Source of the DNA: Macrostomum lignano
Lineage: Eukaryota
Direction: 5' to 3'
NCBI GenBank assembly: GCA_002269645.1
Contig: NIVC01003766.1
Location: forward strand, 13,773-77,772
Length of the DNA stretch: 64,000 bases
A program made the translations under genes and the position numbers. Positions within the stretch are counted from its first letter, which is position 1, and every line of letters starts with the position of its first letter. This document shows positions 54,101-64,000 of the stretch, in pieces. Below the pieces are notes generated by a model. The model was not told the origin of the DNA. It ran no database searches and saw nothing but the letters and a program-made list of their open reading frames with translations.

Positions 54101-56808
54101 AGACACATACAGTCAGCAAGACACAAATGAAAGAGACACATACAGTCAGCAAGACACAAATGAAAGAGACACATACAGTCAGCAAGACACAAATGAAAGA
54201 GACACATACAGTCAGCAAGACACAAATGAAAGAGACACATACAGTCAGCAAGACACAAATGAAAGAGACACATACAGTCAGCAAGACACAAATGAAAGAG
54301 ACACAGCACAGTCAGCAAGACACAAATGAAAGACACATACAGTCAGCAAGACACAAATGAAAGAGACAACACAGTCAGCAAGACACAAATGAAAGAGACA
54401 CAGCACAGTCAGCAAGACACAAATGAAAGAGACACATACAGTCAGCAAGACACAAATGAAAGAGACACATACAGTCAGCAAGACACAAATGAAAGAGACA
54501 CATACAGTCAGCAAGACACAAATGAAAGAGACACATACAGTCAGCAAGACACAAATGAAAGAGACACATACAGTCAGCAAGACACAAATGAAAGAGACAC
54601 ATACAGTCAGCAAGACACAAATGAAAGAGACACATACAGTCAGCAAGACACAAATGAAAGAGACACATACAGTCAGCAAGACACAAATGAAAGAGACACA
54701 TACAGTCAGCAAGACACAAATGAAAGAGACACATACAGTCAGCAAGACACAAATGAAAGAGACACATACAGTCAGCAAGACACAAATGAAAGAGACACAT
54801 ACAGTCAGCAAGACACAAATGAAAGAGACACATACAGTCAGCAAGACACAAATGAAAGAGACACATACAGTCAGCAAGACACAAATGAAAGAGACACATA
54901 CAGTCAGCAAGACACAAATGAAAGAGACACATACAGTCAGCAAGACACAAATGAAAGAGACACATACAGTCAGCAAGACACAAATGAAAGAGACACATAC
55001 AGTCAGCAAGACACAAATGAAAGAGACACATACAGTCAGCAAGACACAAATGAAAGAGACACATACAGTCAGCAAGACACAAATGAAAGAGACACATACA
55101 GTCAGCAAGACACAAATGAAAGAGACACATACAGTCAGCAAGACACAAATGAAAGAGACACATACAGTCAGCAAGACACAAATGAAAGAGACACATACAG
55201 TCAGCAAGACACAAATGAAAGAGACACATACAGTCAGCAAGACACAAATGAAAGAGACACATACAGTCAGCAAGACACAAATGAAAGAGACACATACAGT
55301 CAGCAAGACACAAATGAAAGAGACACATACAGTCAGCAAGACACAAATGAAAGAGACACATACAGTCAGCAAGACACAAATGAAAGAGACACATACAGTC
55401 AGCAAGACACAAATGAAAGAGACACATACAGTCAGCAAGACACAAATGAAAGAGACACATACAGTCAGCAAGACACAAATGAAAGAGACACATACAGTCA
55501 GCAAGACACAAATGAAAGAGACACATACAGTCAGCAAGACACAAATGAAAGAGACACATACAGTCAGCAAGACACAAATGAAAGAGACACATACAGTCAG
55601 CAAGACACAAATGAAAGAGACACATACAGTCAGCAAGACACAAATGAAAGAGACACATACAGTCAGCAAGACACAAATGAAAGAGACACATACAGTCAGC
55701 AAGACACAAATGAAAGAGACACATACAGTCAGCAAGACACAAATGAAAGAGACACATACAGTCAGCAAGACACAAATGAAAGAGACACATACAGTCAGCA
55801 AGACACAAATGAAAGAGACACATACAGTCAGCAAGACACAAATGAAAGAGACACATACAGTCAGCAAGACACAAATGAAAGAGACACATACAGTCAGCAA
55901 GACACAAATGAAAGAGACACATACAGTCAGCAAGACACAAATGAAAGAGACACATACAGTCAGCAAGACACAAATGAAAGAGACACATACAGTCAGCAAG
56001 ACACAAATGAAAGAGACACATACAGTCAGCAAGACACAAATGAAAGAGACACATACAGTCAGCAAGACACAAATGAAAGAGACACATACAGTCAGCAAGA
56101 CACAAATGAAAGAGACACATACAGTCAGCAAGACACAAATGAAAGAGACACATACAGTCAGCAAGACACAAATGAAAGAGACACATACAGTCAGCAAGAC
56201 ACAAATGAAAGAGACACATACAGTCAGCAAGACACAAATGAAAGAGACACATACAGTCAGCAAGACACAAATGAAAGAGACACATACAGTCAGCAAGACA
56301 CAAATGAAAGAGACACATACAGTCAGCAAGACACAAATGAAAGAGACACATACAGTCAGCAAGACACAAATGAAAGAGACACATACAGTCAGCAAGACAC
56401 AAATGAAAGAGACACATACAGTCAGCAAGACACAAATGAAAGAGACACATACAGTCAGCAAGACACAAATGAAAGAGACACATACAGTCAGCAAGACACA
56501 AATGAAAGAGACACATACAGTCAGCAAGACACAAATGAAAGAGACACATACAGTCAGCAAGACACAAATGAAAGAGACACATACAGTCAGCAAGACACAA
56601 ATGAAAGAGACACATACAGTCAGCAAGACACAAATGAAAGAGACACATACAGTCAGCAAGACACAAATGAAAGAGCACATAAGTCAGCAAGACACAAATG
56701 AAAGAGACACATAAAGTCAGCAAGACACAAATGAAAGAGACACATACAGCAAGACACAAATCAGCAAGACACAAATGAAAGAGGCACATACAGTCAGCAA
56801 GACACAAT
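51190..56808. repeat. 33-bp satellite (acagtcagcaagacacaaatgaaagagacacat), ~170 units, 5.6 kb
   Basis: Directly visible; near-homogeneous core at ~54420-56660. Confidence 0.98.
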
Positions 56809-57467
56809 GTCTGACCCAGCCAAGCAAGGAACTCAGGCAATAAAGAAACGTTACATGCAGAAGCGGGCCAAAGTAATGCATTAAATTTAAAGTTCCCAAC
56901 AGAATCTTTACCACCTTCAAAAAAAAGCTGAACGCTTCAATACTTTTCTACTCGTAGCTACTATAGAAATAAAAAAGCCTCCACGCCATCAGCTTCATGC
57001 CGTTAAGGAATTCGCTTGATTAAGTTTTCCCATAGTCAGGTGTTTTAAACAGAGCTCCTCACGCATCCTAGGGTTACCGCCAACTTATGTCAGTAAAAGA
57101 TGTGAATATAGACAACCTCTTCCCATACCTTCCTATACCCAATTCTTTTATATCTAACCTGCATGGATGAGCAGTTTTGCCTTTCATAAATCAGCCTCTA
57201 TAAAGCATTGTTCCTATTGCAGCAGCTGCCGCAACCGCCACCGCTGTCACAGGGAAGACTCCATCACAGTTACTAGAGACAATTCATCCCAATTGCACAT
57301 TTGGCAGCGATGTAGCTCAGCGCATCAATGTAATTTAAGTATTTTGTTGTCAGCGGTTTCTCCTTAGACACTTGCTGGGCTGGATGGATGGGATTCTTAG
57401 ATGGCATGGGACAGGTGGGCCACATGGTGATGCAGTTTTATAGCTTAGGGTAAAATTGTAGCTTAGA

Positions 57468-58554
<1,087 letters not shown>

Positions 58555-59060
58555 CAAGCTTCACTCCAGATTCTCCAGCATTTCAGATGTCTATAAATTT
58601 GGACGATGCCGCATCATGGGGCAGATTCACCAGTCAGAAGCTTGCGGCTGGGCAAGGAGGAAGCTCAAGCCAAAGGAAATAAAAAATATAAATTACGGGA
58701 TGCCAGCGGTTCAGCTCGTAAGTCAGGACTGCAGTTGGGTTTTATCGTCCGCAAGTTTTGTTGACAAATTGCGTCCCTCCACTCTGCCGCACAGACCTGA
58801 CTGGCTGTTTTTACGACCCGGACTGACACGTTTTGTTGGGAATTCGCTAGGGGAAATTGCGAGGCGGCTGGGAGGCGTCCTGAGTTCCCATTTGAGCTAA
58901 TCTCCCCATGGGGGCGGCTGGCTGCTCAGTTATTATTGTTTATTGCCAAGGTGTCATTTGAGCTGCTCGCCTCCTTCCCCGTTGATGCGGCGTCTCATGG
59001 GACTCTGAAGGGATGCTGAGCGAAAATACACAGTTGTCCTGTTAATTAAAATTTGCTTGC

Positions 59061-59680
<620 letters not shown>

Positions 59681-60389
59681 AGCGGCATATATTTGTCATC
59701 AAGCCGGCACAGCCAGCCGCACCGATCTGTCACACCGGTGGTCTATGCGAGCCGCAACACCAGATTCTCTCCCAGCTCCCCTTTCAAGAAGGCCACTCAC
59801 TAGCTGCAGAAATTGGCTCTCGAAAGCAGTTCCAGTGCTTTAATTCCAGCTCCCTCTACTCCCTCTGGCTCCCCAGTCCCTCGTCCTGACCCGATGCCAG
59901 AATGACTTGCTATCGCATAAGCTTGAATTCCACAAGCGAGCATCGGGCACTGCCATCCGCACACAAAGAGACTTACCGCCTCCCGACATCAACTGAAAAA
60001 CGCGTATGAAAACTCCCAGGGCGCGGGCAGTCAGCGCGCCGGCCAGAACAGGAAAAAATGATAAATGACACTAAATTTGATGAGAAACAAAAGCTGCCAT
60101 TCCTCTCCACTTCTGCCAGCCTCCCTCCCTAAGTGTGTTTCGAATACCTTTTCCTCCATAATGCCTATCCCTAGGCCTTGCGGCTGGTAGTTTGCTTGCG
60201 GAATTCGAATTTAGCGACAAAACATGAATATCTATTCCAGTATCTGATGTCGGGTCACGTGTGCAAATTGAAGACTGTTTTTTGTTGGCAAGGGGGAAAG
60301 ATTATGGTAAAATGCTCTGGTACGGTGCTATATAAAAGCTCTGACCTTAGTCTGACCTATCTAGCATCATGGCGGACTCTGAGAGACCA

Positions 60390-60845
60390 TCCTGACCCGT
60401 TCTGACCCGTCTGGACCCAACCTAAATGATCTTGACCTAACCTAACCCAACCTGACCTAACCTGACCCAACCTGACCCAACCTGACCCAACCTGACCCAA
60501 CCTGACCCAACCTGACCCAACCTGACCCAACCTAACCCAACCTGACCCAACCTGACCCATCCTGACCCAACCTGACCCATCCTGACCCAACCTGACCTAA
60601 CCTGATTCATCCTGACCCAACCTGACCCAACCTAACCACTATGACCCATCATGGCCCACCATGACCCACCATGACCCAACCATGACCCCGCTTGACCCAC
60701 TTAGACCTACCCTGACCCATCGTGACCTATTATGATCCACCTTGACTTAGCAAATTACCATGACACACATGATCTATGATGACCCATTCTGACTTCTGAT
60801 ACATTCTGACATACTGGTATCCTGACACATCCTGACCCATTATCA
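60390..60845. repeat. 10-bp minisatellite (cctgacccaa), degenerating
   Basis: Directly visible. Confidence 0.9.
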
Positions 60846-60929
60846 CCTGCCATGAGCAATTCACCCACTGACGCAACAAATCCATACGGACTCATCTTGA
60901 CTCGTCTCGCCCCACCCTGAGTCACTCAC

Positions 60930-63749
60930 GAGCAATCCTAGCCAGCAGGCATCTGGCGAGCAGAATGGCGCAGACAGCCAAAATTGCCACCGCGGCCGTG
61001 CAGACAATCAGACCGATGATCAGGTGCTGCTCGTCAATTCCGACATCCGACACGTCGTCAACGCCGGTGCGCCGACCTCCTCGATTGTCGCCACCGCCAC
61101 CGCCACTGCCTCCGGCAATGCCGCGATTGTCCAGCCTGGGCGGTCTGGCCGGCGCGTCAATCACGTTGACAGTCAGCCGGGCAGTTGAGCTGCGACTCTC
61201 GTTGCAGCCGGGGCAGTCGCTGGCCGACAGAGTCAGCCGGTACCGCCCGACGCTGGTCGGCTTTCGGCGCAGCTTGAGGCCACCGCCGATCGAGTCGATC
61301 GAGAACAGTCCGTGCGGATCGCCGGCCAAGATTGAGTAGCGAACCCGGCCGAAATCGCCATCGTCCGAGTCGACAGCTTTGAGCTCGATGAAGGCCCGGT
61401 CGGTCTGCTCGTGTCGGGACACGTTCACGGCGGACAGCTGGGCGGATGGCACTATCCAGTCTGGGCTGTTGTCGTTTCGGTCCAGAATGATCACCTGCAA
61501 AATCGCGATCAGATTGGTGAGGTAGAGAGTGTCACGAGATACACATGCACTCGTGAGACATTTGTCAATGTTTGTCCCTTTTGTAACATTCCTTAGTACC
61601 TGTCTTAGGGTCTGCTTACGAAATTAGAACTCACCTTGACCCTGCAGGTGCCTGTCAGCGGTGGATGGCCCCGATCCATTGCTCGCACGGTGAACATGTA
61701 CGCCTTCTCGTCGGCTCTGTTGGCAAGCAGAACCGGCGCCTCTCGGTCCACCTTAGCTGACGTTCGGATCTGCGCCGTCCGGCCGCCGGAGTCGAGCGAA
61801 ACGATGCTAAACGGCACGGCCTGAGCCAACGGAGACTGAATCGAATAGCTAATATTGGCGTTCAGGCCCTCGTCGTCGTCGAAAGCCGTCAGGTTTCCAA
61901 CCAACGTGCCGATTGGCTCGCCCTCAAACAGCTCGTAAGTAAACTGTTCAGCTGAGAACTTCGGCGCTACGTCGTTCTCGTCGATGACTCGAACGACTAC
62001 TTGAGTTGTGGCATTCCGAGACGGCGAGCCGTGGTCTGTAGCGATCAGCGAGAATCTCAGCTCACTTTTCTGCTCGCGATCGAGCGAAGTCGACGTAAAA
62101 ATATCGCCGCGAGAAGTTGAGCCGAGGCGAAACAGGTCCGCGTCTGGAGACGCTTGATCGATTGCGTAGGACACGCGACCATTCCTACCTGCATCCCTGT
62201 CTGCAGCATCGATGCCACCGACTCTTGACATCGGCGGCAGGTTCTCGCGCACCGGAACTCGTAGCGACTCTGCGCGAACGATGGCGACTCGTCGTTGACG
62301 TCCTCGATGTCGATGTCGAGCTGAACGGTGCTGGATAGAGGTGGGTTACCGCGGTCTCGACACTCGATGCTTAGCCGATACGAATCGCGCTGCTCGCGAT
62401 CGAACACCTGCCGACTGACAATTTGATACGTTTTCTGATTGGGAACCTCGCGAAACAGATTGAGCCGGAAGCGGTCGCTCTGAGCCGCTTGAACCTCGCA
62501 GCTGGCGTCTCCTGCAGCATCAGAGTCACCATCGGTGAGAACGGCGATGCCCAGCAGGCTGTTGGCTGGGGAGTTTTCCTTCAAAGTGAGCTTGCTGGTC
62601 TCGCGCATGCCGGTAGGGGACTCATTTTATAGACGGTCAGTTGGGGTGGACAGTCGTTCACGTCGAGCACCGCGATTGTCACCTGGGCTGTTGATGAGCG
62701 AGGCGATTGGGCTCTGTCGCGGGCCACGATGGCGAAATGGAACAGCCTCGAGTCCGCTTTTTCATAGTCCAGCGTCTGCTTCAGCGTCAGGCTGCCGCGC
62801 ATCGGGTCCAATCGGAAATGCTTCAGCACGGCTGCCGGAGTGGCTTCGGCGAATATGTACTCGACCTCGCCGTTCCGACCCTTGTCGGGGTCGTCCGCTT
62901 TCAGTTGAAGAATCGGCCGGGGGTAAGGCGCGCTCTCGTTCACCGACAGGCTGTAGTGAGACTGGTTGAACACGGGAGCGTGATCGTTGACGTCCTCCAT
63001 CAAGACGAAGAGTTTTATGCTTGCAGACCTCGGACTCGGTGCCGAGTCTTTGGCGACAAGGGTCAGGTTGTACTTTTCAATGATCTCCCGATCCAGAGGT
63101 TTGTCAACGCTGATGGCGATCCATTCAATGGAAGAGTCAGGATGGTAGGTCGCGATGGAGAAGGTTCCGCTGGCGTCCTTAAGCTCGTAGCTCAAGGTGC
63201 CGTTAGGTCCATAGTCCCGATCTTTGGCTGCCTCAACGCGGAACGTCTGACGGACTGGGAAGTCCTCGCTAAGGCGCGCCTCCAAAGAGTGACGCGACCA
63301 GGACGGTGCGTTGTCGTTGATGTCGAGAATCGAAATGCGGACGTCCACAGTGGCGTCAAACATCATCTGAGCCGAGCTGCTGAAGCGGAACACCTGGAAG
63401 TTTAGCACGCACTGCTCGAGCAGGTGCGGATTCGGAAGCTGGAGTCGCCGATTGCACTGCTCAAGCTGGTCCCGGTCGATGCGCTGCCGAACGCGGACCT
63501 GACCGTTCGAGTCCACGCTAAAGTAGGCATCTCCCGAGGTGCTGACCCCGTCGCCCTTGTTGGGGATGATGCCGAATGTGGCGTTTTCAGATGCACTGTC
63601 GAGGCTGTCAAGCAGGCTGCCGACCAGAGTCCTGGCGGCTGCTCCTCAACGGTGCTGAATGACACCTGGCGTTGCATCGACCAGACGGTTGCAGCGCCAG
63701 CAGTAGCGAGAGGGGGACCAAGCCACCAATCCAAAGGACGATGCGACAT
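60930..63749 (-). CDS. Protocadherin (7 cadherin repeats + TM; delta-type), ectodomain exon (~63749-61635, frameshifted in this sequence) and EC6/EC7/TM exon (61494-60930)
   Basis: Repeated cadherin motifs (xEEQPPG, IDRD, DINDNAP, LDRE, DVNDHAP, DPDKGRNG, LDYE, DVNDCPP, FDRE, DVNDESP, LDRE, DENDVAP, VDRE, DRNDNSP); Cys pair in EC1; TM LIIGLIVCTAAVAILAVCAILL. Phase-0 intron 61634-61495. Three clear and one probable -1 frameshift. Start codon unresolved. Confidence 0.9.
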
Positions 63750-64000
63750 CTGAAAAAGTCAGAGTAATTATTTTTTGATGTCTGACTCTCGCTCCGCAAA
63801 TACGCTCGTATTAGCGAAATAGGCGGCAACGCCTCCTCACTGAAAGCCTCCTACGTAGCTTAATGCTAATAGGGGGGGTGAGGGTGGCCTTGTCAATCCA
63901 AGCTGCACCCTTTTTACACCTAGCGTTTTCAATACTAATTAACTGTTGCTTTCTTCTGTGCTTGTTATAGGTTTCTAAGAAAACACAGCTGCCTTGCAAA

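Noticed and set aside
48845-56840. Very long ORFs (MRLDQ, VSFDL, DTNERDTYSQQ, CLFHLCLADCM repeats)
   Set aside because: These are translations of 15- and 33-bp tandem units that are multiples of 3, located in a protocadherin intron.

Overview
Eukaryotic (metazoan invertebrate) genomic DNA, very rich in repeats. No prokaryotic features and no CRISPR array. The pattern of GC-rich exons, introns filled with micro- and minisatellites, and TTAGGG repeats is most reminiscent of the flatworm Macrostomum lignano; this is an inference, not a confirmed identification. Six protein-coding genes could be reconstructed by hand from GT-AG boundaries with matching phases, and all lie on the minus strand: (1) a divergent 3-exon homeobox gene (2744-6952); (2) an unidentified 5-exon gene with about 100 glutamines in two tracts (9055-12639); (3) intronless UFD1; (4) RPL3/uL3; (5) a 7-exon KIAA2013/DUF2152 homolog; (6) a 7-cadherin-repeat (delta-type) protocadherin spanning about 19 kb, whose ectodomain exon carries 3-4 single-base frameshifts. 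The rest is about 20 tandem arrays (4-48 bp units, up to 5.6 kb), an intronic telomere-like array, two tRNA-derived SINE families and several non-autonomous DNA transposons with readable TIRs and TSDs. Most long entries in the ORF track are artefacts of tandem repeats.
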